Below, one piece after another: positions 28,724 to 43,888 of a stretch of DNA of 64,000 nucleotides. The position numbers and the translations under genes were made by a program. The stretch's first letter is position 1; each line of letters starts with the position of its first letter. Source of the stretch: Selaginella moellendorffii (lineage: Eukaryota; Plantae; Lycopodiophyta); the NCBI RefSeq assembly GCF_000143415.4, contig NW_003314276.1:1848107-1912106 (forward strand), written 5' to 3'. The notes beneath the pieces were generated by a model. It searched no databases. It was not told the origin of the DNA and was given only the letters and a program-made list of their open reading frames with translations.

Positions 28724-31585
28724 ATGGGAATCAAATGGCTCGAGTACACACCAGTGGAGCGAATGAGCACGAAAGAAGATAGCGATGTCGAATATCTATA
28801 CGTGGAAGTTAAAGGTGAGGATAGTTTCCATGAAATTTCTTTTGTAAAAGTGCTTGATTGACCTGGTGTCGACCACCGTGTGAACCAGCTCCACGCATGG
28901 CTGGCTTGACTCTCAAATGCTTTACCTGGATGATGGAGTCCACCATTGGAACTTTTTTTCTAAAACCAAAGCTTAAGAGGGACAATCTTATCACAAAGGT
29001 TAGTGTTCATAGTTTGTCTTGCTCAATGTGTCGACATTGTTTATGGCAGACATTTGTGCAATCCCGGTATGATGAGCCTCCCATGTTTCAGCCGCATTTC
29101 TCATTGCCAGGTAGTTTTTTTGTGAGATCATATAACCTGAATTGGTATTTAGATAGAGCATTTACTTTACAGAACCGGAGGATGGTGTGCTGACGCTTGA
29201 CTCGAGTCTTTCGGTTCCTGGTAGAGTTGCCCGCTCGTTGGACTGCCTTGGTAGCCTTCACGAAAGGAAAGCCGGGGATGGAGCATATGTGTTTCGGCAC
29301 TGGACTATCCGGGACTATACACACGCTTATAAGTCTGGCCGCCTTATGCCAACACAGGTGATATTGGTTTTTTTAGTTTAAGCACTGCATTGGATTTAGC
29401 GCTCATGCGATTGATCATGCAGGTGGCAGAGAGATTTCTCTCTGCGGTCGACGAGTCTATAAAAGGACAACCAGGAATGAGTATCTTTATCGCATATAAT
29501 CCTCGAGATATACTTCGCCAAGCAGAAGAGTCCACTTCCCGATACAAGCAAGGTACAAGTTTGTTTTTCTCCACGATTACTTTCTAAATCTTTGACATGA
29601 AGGGAAACCTTTGTCTGTTCTCGACGGAGTTCCAATTGCTGTGAAAGACGAGCTTGATTGTCTGCCATACGACACCACCGGTATATTTTAATTTAAGCGT
29701 TAGTAGTCACTTTATAAACGTTTCGCTCATTTCAGGTGGCACGAAATGGATGAGTAAAGTGAGAGATGTCAAAGAAGACGCAGCATGCGTATCGAAGTTG
29801 AGGGCGTGTGGAGCGATGCTTGTCGGAAAAACTAATATGCATGAGCTCGGGCAAGGCACTACTGGCATCAATCCTCACTATGGGTATCACATTTATATAC
29901 AAAACATATTTTCGACTCATGATCGTGTTTGACAGGGCAACACGAAATCCTTATAACAAAGCAAAAGCGTCTGGGGGATCATCTGGAGGTTCAGCTGCTG
30001 CAGTGGCTTGTGGACTCTGTCCTGCTGCATTAGGAGTCGATGGCGGAGGTAATGTCCAGCCACGAGACTTCAAGCTCATGTCTCGTTTACAGGCTCTGTG
30101 CGCATGCCGGCAGCACTCTGCGGGATTGTTGGATTGAAAGGCACATTCGGGCGTATCTCGTCTCATGGGTATGTCTTTTAATTTCTTCTCTTCACGTAGA
30201 TGTTTACGATTTAGAGCAGGGTGCTTCCTCTAAACTGGACAGTTGGAAGCGTTGGGGTATTGGCAGCAACGGTCGAGGACACGCTTATAATGTATTCGAT
30301 TTAAATTATCAGTCTCCTCTTTTCTCATAAAACTACTGTAGGTATGCAGCTGTTCAGGGCCATCTTTCTAGCGACCGCATTGTTTCAATACCTGTAAGAT
30401 GCCATTGAACTTTTTTATTACCTTCACATTGTCAACAACAAGTCTGTCCTTATTGCAGCCTCAGGTCACTCTGCCGCAGTTGAACCGTATCGAAAACGAG
30501 GCTATTGGCGGCTTAAAACTTGCAAAATACACCGAGGTTATCAAGGCTATGAGGCCTGTAGTGTTTGCTGACGATCTGTTTTTCATCCAGTGGTTTGACG
30601 ATTCGGATCCTGATGTGAAGGACCGATGTTACGCAGCCTTGAGTAAACTACAGAAACGATATGGTTGCAAGGTGAGCGTGATTTTTTCCTGTTTACTATC
30701 AACTGAATGGTGTGATTTGAGCAGACCGTTGAGGTCACTATACCGGAATTGGAGGAGATGCGTTTAGCACATTTTGTCACAATCGGCTGCGAGTGTTACA
30801 GCTCCATTGGAATCCAATATGAAAACGTGTAAGAACGTATATTATGGATCGAGAACTAAGTGCTTTTCTGCAGAGGTGTAACCGCTACTGGTGCGGATAT
30901 CCGAGTTGGATTTGCTTTGTATAAATCCTTTACGAACACCGAATATCTTTCAGCGCAACGCATGAGGCAAGCCTTGAAATCTCTTTTTGTAAACAACTAG
31001 CACTGGTTTTACACAACAGGTATCGCCAAATGTACTACCATATGGAGATATTTAAGAACGCAGATGTGATCGTAACTCCTACCACAGCGTGAGCTTGTTA
31101 GAACCTTGGTTGCATACTCTGAGCACTTGATCCACAGGGCAACAGCACCATCTATTTCGTTGGACGCTCTTGAATGTGGAGAACTCAACTATGTCTATGG
31201 AGGTAGCCGTCTTGAGTTTTGCTAATGTTCCAGCGATTTGTTTCAACGTGAATCATTGCAGCTAAACTCATGCGGTACCAGATTGCTGGGAACTTCATCG
31301 GACTTCCCGCGATATCTGTGCCGGTAAACCACATGAACAAACTCCATCTCTAGCTAGCTCAATCTTTGGAGTTACCAGGTTGGATTTGACCAGGCGGGCA
31401 TGCCGATTGGCATCCAACTTATCGGGAAACCATGGTCGGAAGCTACGCTGCTCAGGCTTGCATACGTGATTGAGGTGAGAGATCACATTCTCCATTCACA
31501 GAGATGATAAAAGCTTTTTACTCTACAGGGCCTTTGTGCTGCTGAGAGCCGGCGGCCAGAGGTGTTGTTCGATCTCTTGCTATAA
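28724..31585 (+). CDS. FAAH: Fatty acid amide hydrolase (amidase signature family)
   Basis: [77 protein letters not shown]; stop TAA at 31585. Confidence 0.93.
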
Positions 31586-31948
31586 ATTGGGCGAGCTTTG
31601 TTTATGCAATGTAATGTTTAGTTTTTATTTAAGTATACAAGGTTAGTGTTTAATGTTAGTACTAATTCAAACCTTGGTGTCACCTTTTATGAAAGGAGAT
31701 TTTAAAACTTGAGGGCGGGCTTACAAAGTGTCATCAGATCATCAGAGAAGATGATCTCGATGATGTTGCGCGACGAATCGCCACGCCCCAGCTCCGACAC
31801 TGAAGAACACAAAGAATTAGAATGATCGTGGAAACGGTTGATCAAAGAGAGAATATTTTGCGACCATCAAGTGGAAGAAAGGAAAATACTCCAAATTTAG
31901 ACCACGGCCATATATATATATATATATCTAGGTAGAAAGTTTTTATAT

Positions 31949-33262
31949 ATGGCAATGCTTCGGGCAGGTCGGTTATGCCGGAGGTTTTCTTCTCTGTCAA
32001 AGGCGTCGCTAGACGTAGATGGTGTCTTCATGAACCGATGCGAACTGGCGAAGTTGCAGAGGGCGCTATCCAAGCGCCCGGGAGATGCCGGAGTCGTGGC
32101 GGCTCTGCAGGGGCCCAAGTCGTCGGGCAAGACCATGCTGATCAGCGAGTTTTGNNNNNNNNNNNNNNNNNNNNNNNNNNNNNNNNNNNNNNNNNNNNNN
32201 NNNNNNNNNNNNNNNNNNNNNNNNNNNNNNNNNNNNNNNNNNNNNNNNNNNNNNNNNNNNNNNNNNNNNNNNNNNNNNNNNNNNNNNNNNNNNNNNNNNN
32301 NNNNNNNNNNNNNNNNNNNNNNNNNNNNNNNNNNNNNNNNNNNNNNNNNNNNNNNNNNNNNNNNNNNNNNNNNNNNNNNNNNNNNNNNNNNNNNNNNNNN
32401 NNNNNNNNNNNNNNNNNNNNNNNNNNNNNNNNNNNNNNNNNNNNNNNNNNNNNNNNNNNNNNNNNNNNNNNNNNNNNNNNNNNNNNNNNNNNNNNNNNNN
32501 NNNNNNNNNNNNNNNNNNNNNNNNNNNNNNNNNNNNNNNNNNNNNNNNNNNNNNNNNNNNNNNNNNNNNNNNNNNNNNNNNNNNNNNNNNNNNNNNNNNN
32601 NNNNNNNNNNNNNNNNNNNNNNNNNNNNNNNNNNNNNNNNNNNNNNNNNNNNNNNNNNNNNNNNNNNNNNNNNNNNNNNNNNNNNNNNNNNNNNNNNNNN
32701 NNNNNNNNNNNNNNNNNNNNNNNNNNNNNNNNNNNNNNNNNNNNNNNNNNNNNNNNNNNNNNNNNNNNNNNNNNNNNNNNNNNNNNNNNNNNNNNNNNNN
32801 NNNNGGGATGGCGTCTATCGCCTGTATGGCGGACAGGCGCTCGAGCTGAACCTCTTGGCGGGCTTGATTTGTGATTCTGAGCCGGGCGAGGCTGCGGAGG
32901 TCTTTCGAGGAGAAGCAGGGCTCTCAACCAGCAGTGCCGTTTCGGATGTGGTTTCAGGCTGGTCTCCCCGCCGCCTTGAGCGCTTTGATGGGAGGAGCGA
33001 TGCGCTGTGGAAGCCGGAGGAATGGACTGAGGTGATAAGGGTGTGTGCAAAGGCGCCGGATGGTGTGGTGCCCAAGTGCGAGCTCAAGATAGCACAAGAA
33101 AGTGTTGACTCCATGATCGAGCACGATCGCCTTCAAGTGCAGCCTGTTATCAGCTGGGCTGAGAGCAGGACTGATCAAGACTTAGATTCCTATCCGCTTG
33201 TCATGCCAATGACAAAGGCAGAGCACCATGGGATGAAGCGGCTAGCCCGTCAACTTTCTTAA
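31949..33262 (+). CDS. P-loop NTPase (archaeal-ATPase/AAA_16-like) with putative mitochondrial presequence; centre lost in the N gap
   Basis: MAMLRAGRLCRRFSSLS presequence; FMNRCELAKL then Walker A GPKSSGKT; after the gap VYRLYGGQ and a ~150-aa open frame. Continuity across the gap cannot be verified. Confidence 0.6.
   Translation: MAMLRAGRLCRRFSSLSKASLDVDGVFMNRCELAKLQRALSKRPGDAGVVAALQGPKSSGKTMLISEFXXXXXXXXXXXXXXXXXXXXXXXXXXXXXXXXXXXXXXXXXXXXXXXXXXXXXXXXXXXXXXXXXXXXXXXXXXXXXXXXXXXXXXXXXXXXXXXXXXXXXXXXXXXXXXXXXXXXXXXXXXXXXXXXXXXXXXXXXXXXXXXXXXXXXXXXXXXXXXXXXXXXXXXXXXXXXXXXXXXXXXXXXXXXXXXXXXXXXXXXXXXXXXXXXXXXXXXXXXDGVYRLYGGQALELNLLAGLICDSEPGEAAEVFRGEAGLSTSSAVSDVVSGWSPRRLERFDGRSDALWKPEEWTEVIRVCAKAPDGVVPKCELKIAQESVDSMIEHDRLQVQPVISWAESRTDQDLDSYPLVMPMTKAEHHGMKRLARQLS
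32155..32804. other. Assembly gap (650 N)
   Basis: Run of N. Confidence 0.99.
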
Positions 33263-33599
33263 AGCATGTAATCATAGTCAATTAAAGTCAACGAATAGTT
33301 ATCTATAACTTTAGTGTTCTTAAGGATAAACTTATCTGATAACTTAAGGAGTAGTTTTTCAGTCCGAATTTACTCACCTTGTAATCCCACACATTCATTT
33401 AGATTTTTCAACAAGAGCTAGGTAAAGTCGAGCCTTTGTTCTCAAACATTGCTATAATTAATTAAAGATTCTTTTGTGATAAGCTAGAAGGAATTGAAAC
33501 TAGAACATATGTCGTTAAGTTTAAGCCGGGGTTTTCGCTCCCCAGCCCTAACCCAGGAACTCACGCAAGCGAGCGCGCTTGGGGCGAAGAGAGGCGGCG

Positions 33600-35547
<1,948 letters not shown>

Positions 35548-35785
35548 AGCGTCGCAAGAACCAATCACTCTCAAAACTCTCAAACTGTACAGGATTGATG
35601 TAAATACTGCCCATCGCTTCGTGTGAATACGAATAATACAAGAAAGATGTTCTTGATTTGGTGTTCTTGGTTAGCTACAAAGTTTCTTAAAAAAACTACC
35701 AGGAATCGAGAGCTCGATGGTTGGTCAGCTCTAAAGTAGAAAAGAGAAGAAAAAAAATTTACACTGGATCGTCCATTCCTTTTTT

Positions 35786-37830
35786 TCACAATGCCTCGTG
35801 ACACCCCGCCGTTTGCAAGAGCACTGCTTTGATCTCTTCGGGGGCGATCTCGGCATCGCTACATTGCTGCTAAACAAGCCACCATTACCATTTGCACGAG
35901 AGGAAAAGAGAACAAAAAAAGAACTTATACCTCGGCACGAAAGACGTCGAGGACGAAGCCATTGAAGCAGCTGATAACAGCCTGCTGGACGTCCAGGCCA
36001 AGATCATCCAGAGCTCTCATCGTGGAGAGCAAAAGGCCTGGCGTTCTCGCGCAGAACATATGAATGTTAATTCCCTTGCCATCCCTTGTTCTCACCTCCA
36101 CCTACAAAGACAAAGCCAAGGGGAATAAAAAAAACCATGAGAAAGGAACCACTTGGTCTTATACTACTATAGACTCCTACTATAGTACCTTTGCTGGCTG
36201 GAGATCTGTAGGAGGCCCGGGGAGCAACGGAAGCGGGGAGATGCTGGACGCCGGACATTCCTCCTTGACGCAAGGAGCGAAACTTTGGGGCGAAAGCAAC
36301 GCTCCGGATTGCTGCTGTGGCGGAATTCCCATGCTCCCTCCATCTGCTGGGCCTTCCAGCTCGCTGTGGAGCTCGTTGATCCTCTGGAGGAGCTCCTTGA
36401 GATACTCGATCGCGTCACCCAGAATAGACGCTCTATCCATCTGACAAAATCAAACCAAGTTGAGAGTGAGTGAGAGCGAGAGGAGAAAAAGAGGTAAAGG
36501 CATGGAAAGAGGAGCGGGCGAGTGAATGCCAAGTTGCCCGAGTGGTTTGAAAGTACTCACCTTTGTAATTTTGGGGACCACCGAGCGAAGCATGTACAAG
36601 CGATCATTAAGCTTCTTCCGCCGTCGCCGCTCCGCCATGAGATTCTTGGCCGGAAGGCCCTTGCGATTCCCCCGGCCGGAAGGGCCCTTGTCCGCCACCT
36701 GGTGGCCGCCCATCGCCTCGTCATTCTCGCACAGAAGCCCGGATCCATCGTCCATCTCCTCGTCCTCGCGGAGCTCCAGATCGACGGTGGCCATGTCGTC
36801 GGACGCCGACATCACCGGGCTCCTCTTATGGACCAGCGGCTTCTTGCTCGGGCTGCTCGGCGGCGGCGGCGCTGGATGATGGAGAGAATCGTCGCCCATC
36901 TCGAGGGAAGAATCCGGCGGCGCTTTGATCGCCCCTACGGCTGCTGCTATGGATGGAGATGTTTGCCCGCTCCCTGTATGCTGCTGCTGCTCGTGATGGT
37001 GATGGTTGTTCTTCCCGGACTTGGGCTTGGTCACCACCGAGGAGTGATCCTTGAATTCTCCTCCACTGCCACCTCCAAAGCAGTCGCCAAAAATGCCATT
37101 GCCGCTCTTGATCATCCCAATGCTGAGGCTGCTCCCAATTCCACTGAAATTCCCAAAGCTCGCGCCAGTGCTGGGGCCGAAGAGAGCTGGGAAGTCGAGG
37201 ATCTGGCTGCCCGCCATGTCGGGCAGGAAGCCCGAGTGGAGATTGGCCACCGAGGACGAGGAAGAACACGCCGAGGAGGAAGCGGTGGCGTGGTGGTGGA
37301 AGCCGTTCCGGATGGGAGGCGGCGGTGGCAGCAATCCGGGCGAGAAATCGGTGATGAAGCAGCCGCCGGGCATGGAGGACTCGTCCAGGAAGGCGGACAA
37401 GCCGGTGGACCTGGCGTCGGATTTGCTGGCGGAGTTTGAGGCGGCGGCGGCGGCAGCCATGAAGTGGTGATGCGAGGGCTGCGCTCCTCCTCCAGCGGCG
37501 CTAGGGTAAGAAGGCATGTCATCGATGAGCGAGCCATCGTACCAATCCTCCTCAAACGAGCCGTGGAGTGCCTGATCGACCACCATAGCCTGCGCGGCAA
37601 GGGAAATTTCTCATCCAGGCGATCGATCACGCGGAGATCCAAGAAAGAATACCTTGTGCGGTGGCTGATGCTGCTGCTGCTGCTGCCGATCGTCCCCTAT
37701 CGGCACCGTCCTGCGAAATTTCGAATCAAACAGTGAAAATTTCGGGAGAATCGCGGCAAGAACAGCACCTCATCTCCGATCCCTCGCCCCAGATTCCCTC
37801 CCTGCACAAGACGCTCGCATCCGACGCCAT
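35786..37830 (-). CDS. ICE1: bHLH transcription factor of the ICE1/SCREAM subfamily with C-terminal ACT-like domain
   Basis: [34 protein letters not shown]|[22 protein letters not shown]; [21 protein letters not shown]. Extended N-terminus through introns 37711-37768 and 37590-37652; alternative start 37586. Confidence 0.92.
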
Positions 37831-38449
37831 GGAATGAGAGCGCGCGCGCGCCGCGATGGTCGATCACCTCTCGGATTTCGGCATCACGAATGGCGCATTC
37901 CCGTCCCTGCGATCGCGATCATCTTTGTAGATTCGCCAGCGCCAAATTCTTTCTTGGCGGGGCGGCGTTGCCAGGCACCGCCCAACACGAAACACAAGGA
38001 AGCAAATCAAAGAAAAGGAAAAATTCACCGCACTTGAAATTCTTACCATGCGAGCTCCGTTTGTGTGACGGAACCGTCAGCCAAACGAAAAAGCGCGCGC
38101 TCCGTCCGGGCGACTGACGCCGCTAGACCGTCGGGCGTCAGCCACGTCGGCGTGTACGGCGCCCGTGCCGTCGGATCTTACCGCATCGCACGGCTCCTGC
38201 AGCGCCACGGCGGTCCTCGGCATTGAATGCCGCGAATGCGACGGGTTTGAAGAACACACCAACCCGTTCGTACCATCGTCTAGATCATGTATCGTACGGA
38301 CGATGATCAATCCTATTAGGAGAACTTGCAATGAACAAGAAAAAAAGGGGAGAACGAGGAACGATAGCTGCCGTGCTAGTCCCAAAGAGGAACGTCAACT
38401 TCATTAGGTCTTAATAGGTGGTGGGGCAAGATTCTGGAAAAAGGGAATC

Positions 38450-40680
38450 TTTACATACAGGGGCTTCTTCGATTTGATCAGTGCACCGCCTTCTCAAAAG
38501 CAGACGTATGCAAGCCCATGAAACAATTAGGTTGGAAAAGTTGGCGCAGTGGAATTCTCTGATTGCTTGGAATGGAATGGAAAGAAGATTGATGGACTGG
38601 TTGATTGATTGATTGATTGATTGCGTCCAAGCGTGTGGAACAACCAGACAACGTCATCCATGTGAGAGAAGCTTTCGCGCACAGCTTTGCGGGGGGGAAT
38701 TTTTGCAGCATCTCTTTTGTTCTTCGTTTTATCTTCCCTGCGGCTATCAAAGAAAAAAACAAAAGCAACGCCGCGACACAGGAAGGAGGATCAGAAGAAG
38801 CAAGAGGAAACAAACATATATACTTCTCTTTTGTGCTTACGAGCAAGACGTTATAAGTCGCGTCCTAATGCGACACTGGATCGATCGCTGCTGCGGCTGT
38901 GCTGTGCTTGAATGGAGCGAAGGATGAGGATCTATCTCTGTCGAGCGAAACTGACGTTCGCCCATCATCTCACTCTGGTGTTTTGCTCAAGTAATCTCGG
39001 ATAAAAGTCGTTCTCCCTGACACACAAAACACGCAGAGTATAAACTTTTCAAGTGTACAAGCAAGAACCTGTTCCCGGTTCTTCGAGCTTTGTCGTGTGC
39101 TTCATAAATGTAACCAATCGCTGGCTTCCCAAATTCGCCTCCTATTCAGGTCAGCCACATCAATCAGATAAACTCACTCGGAGTTTTCTAAAGAGAAAAC
39201 AAAAGCTTGTTTTCTCGAATAAATCTCTTACCAAACAACACGCTCGCCAGTGTGGTCACCACACTCACATGCAAAAATCCGAGAGAGTGCACAAGAGAAT
39301 CTAGCAAGGTGGTGGAGCTGCACAGACAAACGAAATCCGAGATTTGTAAGTTTTCCTCGTCTCGAGATGCGTAAAAAATTGGCTGGAAAGCGAGAGACGG
39401 GAGAAAAGGGAAGAAAACAAACAAAGCAACCAACCTGGATGGACGAGGAATTGGGAAACAACGCCGTACAGGAAAATTGGCGATTCTTGAGGTGCCTCCT
39501 GAGATAGATCTGGATGGCGTTTCTTTAGCTCAAGACGCACGAAGCTTCTCTTTTCGGTGACCACTCGGGAACACCTACGAGTATTAGATCTGCAGAAAAG
39601 AAAGAGAGAAAAGATAAAAGCCAAACAACAAACAAAAGAGAAAGCCAGCCTTGCTACCTTTGTCCTTTTTCTCCAGCTGTTGGAATTTCATCCTTGTTGA
39701 TGAGTTCGGTTCCTTTGCACCAAATGCCGCGAGGGGAGGTATGAATTTCCTGCACATTCAATTCCCAAGAGCTTTTAAGATCCTTTCTTTCCTTTCCCTC
39801 GCGAGCGAAATGAAGAACTTGCCGTTGAAGTGGAGTCGAGTGTGTCAAAACTTTAAAACCAATGAATGTCAAACCCTGTGGACAAATCTTGCGTGTTCTG
39901 TAGCTTCGAAGCTGGGAGAGGAAGCATTATTCATGCGTGATGGCTGGCTGGCACACGCCTGTTGACAAAATCTACACTGATTTGTCAAGAATCTGGGGCA
40001 AAAGCAAAATTACCTGGCTGTTCTTGAGCGGCAATTTAAGTCACAAATCTCTTTCCAAGTTGTGACCTCTCCAAAGACTTCCATTAGTTTTTGATTTCCT
40101 AATTTTTTCTTCCTCCTCTTTTCGCTGCGTATTTCCTGCACAGCAGCAGCTGCAGCAGCAGCAGCATCATCATCTTCGTTTCTAACAGAATGAAATGGAA
40201 ATGCTTAAAACAAGTCACCTCTGTTGGCGACAAGGACGACGCTCTCTCTCTCTCTTTGCGTTTGCGAACGAGAGACTAATGTTCTTCCCGCAAGCGCAGA
40301 TGTTAAAAATCGCGTTCGTCCCAAGTTTTAATGTCCTATGCACATGCCAGGAATTGAAATAAAAACTCGCGACAGCGACGCGTCTGGATCCAGCAGCGCA
40401 GCGAGCAAGCAGAGCGGCAAAAGGAATGTCAACCTCGGGAGCTATCGGATCAAGATGATCCTCCCGGAAACATCAGCGTCAAGAGAAAAGAAAAAGAGGC
40501 ACACAAACAACAAAACCATCGGTCGCAAGCCAGGCGACGCGGCAGCGCCAATGCAGCGCCGCAACAGTAATCTAATCCACCCCCGAATCTAAAATTCAAT
40601 GCTTACCGGAGCCCTACTACCGCCCGCGCCCATCGCCATCGCCATCGCCATCGCCCCCAAAACCCTAGAACAGAGTGTTA
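38450..40680 (-). ncRNA. Candidate multi-exon spliced transcript with no recognisable protein (lncRNA, long leader or orphan gene)
   Basis: Telo-box at ~40659, donor GTAAGC at 40606, and T-rich GT..AG elements of 44-97 nt at 39959-40013, 39590-39657, 39383-39434, 39188-39231, 39017-39068, 38744-38840. Confidence 0.4.
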
Positions 40681-43132
40681 GGGCTTTAGTTTTAAATTTG
40701 GAATATTCACCACTACTTGGCGCGGGATTTTCGGGTGCATTGAACTTGGATGCCCAGCATAAAGAAATCCAGCCCTGTTTATACATTTTTCTCTTTGTAG
40801 CAGAGTCTTTTGTAGGGAGCACCAGCTTTACTCCTTGCATTGTGGAATTCACCAAAAAGTATAAAATAAACAGCCAAATTATAAAATAAAACTCTAAAAA
40901 ATAAACCAAGAGAAAATTTCAGATGCGTTTCATAAGGCGCCTCCCAAATTCGCGGCCTGGCACCAAATTTCTTTAAATCCGCTGCCCGATTGATTGATTC
41001 CCATGGGTTTAGCTTCGGACAGCTCAAAGACACAAGCCTTTCTATTTTTATCTCCCCGCAAACTAAAGAATCACTAAAATCAAGCCACAAGCCACGACTG
41101 GGTCTCGGCACCGCCCTCCACGGCCATTAAGGTCTCTTTCCTAAAACCATGAAAATCTCTCGATCGAATCCATATCGAATTGTGTGTTTGGAATAAACTG
41201 GAGGCACAAGCGGCCAGCGAGCAGACACCAAATGCCACATCCAAAAATTCCACACCACCCCACCAACAAGCAAGGCGCCGAGTTGACACGAGTACGGCAC
41301 TAGACAATCCCCGTACGGACGCCTTTGACTGGCCAGTCTCGGCAATTAGAAAGAAAGAGAAATGGGAAAAGCTTGAAATGAGGCAGAGATTTAAAGACAA
41401 AGAAAAGAAATCCTGGCCGCTGTCCCCAGCCTTGTCGTTCGTGCTCTTGTTGTTGCCACTGTTGCTTGTGGCGAGGCATGGCACAGAGAACACAGTGGCC
41501 CCACATTTTATGATAGACAAAGAAAAAACATCGAGTTTTGGGCATATAAAGGGCTGCGGGCCGAGATCAAGGGAATCAATCGGGATAGATAGATTCGCTG
41601 GAGATTCGGCTGCTTGAATGAGGACACTAGCAAGGAAGGCGGGAGCAAATTGCCAAGGGGAAGACGAGACATTCAGTCAGTCGAATCAAGCGGAATCGGC
41701 ATTATATCTCCGGCCGTTACAGACTTTTGGAGAGAAGAAGGTGGCGGACATTGAGTGATTGATTGAGAGTCCAAGCTCGCCAACCAAAACGGTTGTTCCT
41801 GGAAAGGGGAATCTAACTTACCCCGGTCTCCAGGTCTTGGTCTCTTTTAGGTCAAGTCGTTTAGGTTCTCTTTTTAGGGTTCTTACGGTAAGAAAAAAAA
41901 AGAGCTTTGACCTTTTGCAAAACCCTAAAAAAAAACTGTCCGGCCAGCACTCACATGCCACTGCCAAATGCCACAGATGTTACTCCAGACAGCCAGTCAA
42001 GAAAGCGACACACATTAGCTTACCATTGGCTACCCAGTAGCACACAACAGCTATAACAAAAATCAAATAAGAATTTTTACGAAACCATTTCTAGACGTAC
42101 AGTGTATAGCTACGAAATACGTAAACTGCAGAGCGGGGATATTCTCTAACAGATTCCTACGCCACCTACCTTATTCATTTCCCAATGAAAAACTATTATA
42201 TTGTAGCCCTAACTTCGACGTAACGCTCATATACTCTAGTTTTTCTTGCATTGCGCCTTGTGGCCCCGCATTATTGAACGGAGCAGAATTTAGTGGATCT
42301 TCCAATGTGACTGAAGTTTCCAAGCATCAAAATCAATCAATCACGAAACAATATATATATATATATATATATATACAGAGATTTAAGATAAGCTTTGCCT
42401 GCCTCATCCTTTGCGCACATTGGGAGGAGCGCGAATTTAGACCATATCCCCTGCTGCACAACACCGAACCAAAGGCTGGCCCCGGCCGGGGGCATATTCT
42501 AATCGCTTTGACCTGGAATCTCTCCGGGACGAGTTAAGAAATGTTGTAACCCAGCATTAGGATCAATCAGTGTATCCCATTTGGATAAACTAGATCAGAA
42601 TAAGATAGTTTAATGGCCCTAGCAGATGATAACAACAAGCCCTACGACGAGCAACCAAAGTCTAGCCAGCAAAACGTCGTTGGGGTTCTCTGCGTTTGTC
42701 CGGAGATTTTATTGCTGGGTTGGGCCTCTCGCGTCTCTCGCTTTATACATGAGAAAGAGAGGAGGAGCGAGAGATCTTGCGGGGAAATCTTTGGGCAGTG
42801 GCTGCCGGGATCGAGACTGGAGATCTTTCTTTGGGGGAATTGATGTTCCTCCAAGAAACTCCATCAATGGCATGACAAAAGAACCTCGCGATCATGCCAA
42901 CCAAAGCCAAAGTCCCATGTTGTTGGGATTTCACACAAAAAGGGATTTTTTAAAATAAAAAAAAACGGAAAAGAGAGAAAATGACAAAAAATGGCGGGAG
43001 AAATGCCAGGGAATATTCGCGCGGCACTCACGAAAAACCAAAGGAATGACGACACTGGGAAGCGGAGGGCGACTAGTATCTGGGAAATCTTTTCGCGCAC
43101 CGTGTGAAGAGGGCGGGTCCGTACCCGACACC

Positions 43133-43347
43133 CGCCACGTGGCGCTGGACCATGACGCTCATCGGGAGGGCATATCTACGGCGACTGTCGCGCGGCAGGT
43201 AGGGACCACCCACACTCGCGGGGGGTGCGATTAAGCCCCTTGATGCGGTCATAATAACCGTCGGATTCTCCTAAATCATGCCCCTCTCGGACGACAAAGA
43301 TTGTTGAAACGACGGCCAAGATTCCGCCGGCGGGGCCCACACGTGGC
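43133..43347. promoter_or_regulatory. G-box elements and a TCP-type site upstream of the SPEAR-like gene
   Basis: Palindrome cgccacgtggcg (43133-43144); gggcccac immediately followed by acgtggc (43333-43347). Confidence 0.35.
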
Positions 43348-43888
43348 GCACATCGTCGCCGTCCGCAGCCGGCCGAGCGCGGCGGGGAATGCCGTCGCGA
43401 TGCAGCCGACGGCCACGATCGGCCCTTGGCACGGAATGTCCAGGGCGTGCGCTTTACATTCCATGGCCCTTCTCTCTTAACAACAGGGATGGATAGATAG
43501 CCCACAGACAGACACAACAGAATACAACAGGTTGGGAGGAAGAGACCAAGAGAGAGTGATCGATTCATCGCGTTGTTTTGCGCCTTGCGTCCGTGCGCGT
43601 GTCCATCGATCGATCGATCGCTCGGGTTCTTGCAATCCATCCATGGCGCCGGCTGTGAGCTCCTCTCTTCTTTCCCCGCGGGGATCCGTTCTTTGTGCGA
43701 AGAAAACGGCAGCGCCAGCGAGCGCGATCTTCCTCTTCTAGCGATTGCGAATGGAGGGATTGATGTGTGCGGCAGCCAATCCATGAGCGGCATTCGACTG
43801 TATCGATCGATCTAGCAGCGCGTTTAGATCTTCCCTCTCTTCTTTCTCGAAATATTTCATTTCCCCCTCTTTGCCTCGCAATATTTCC

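Noticed and set aside
31975-33050. Long ORFs in other frames spanning the N run
   Set aside because: Artefacts of translating Ns.
33381-33400. atcccacacat resembling the snRNA USE element
   Set aside because: Imperfect match, no correctly spaced TATA and no snRNA downstream.
36522-37439. 305-aa plus-strand ORF
   Set aside because: GC-rich antisense shadow of ICE1/SCRM.
38000-43800. Conserved miRNA precursor in the long intergenic region
   Set aside because: No match seen by eye to miR156/159/160/166/171/319/396 and only short hairpins (e.g. 39962-39988); a lineage-specific miRNA cannot be excluded.
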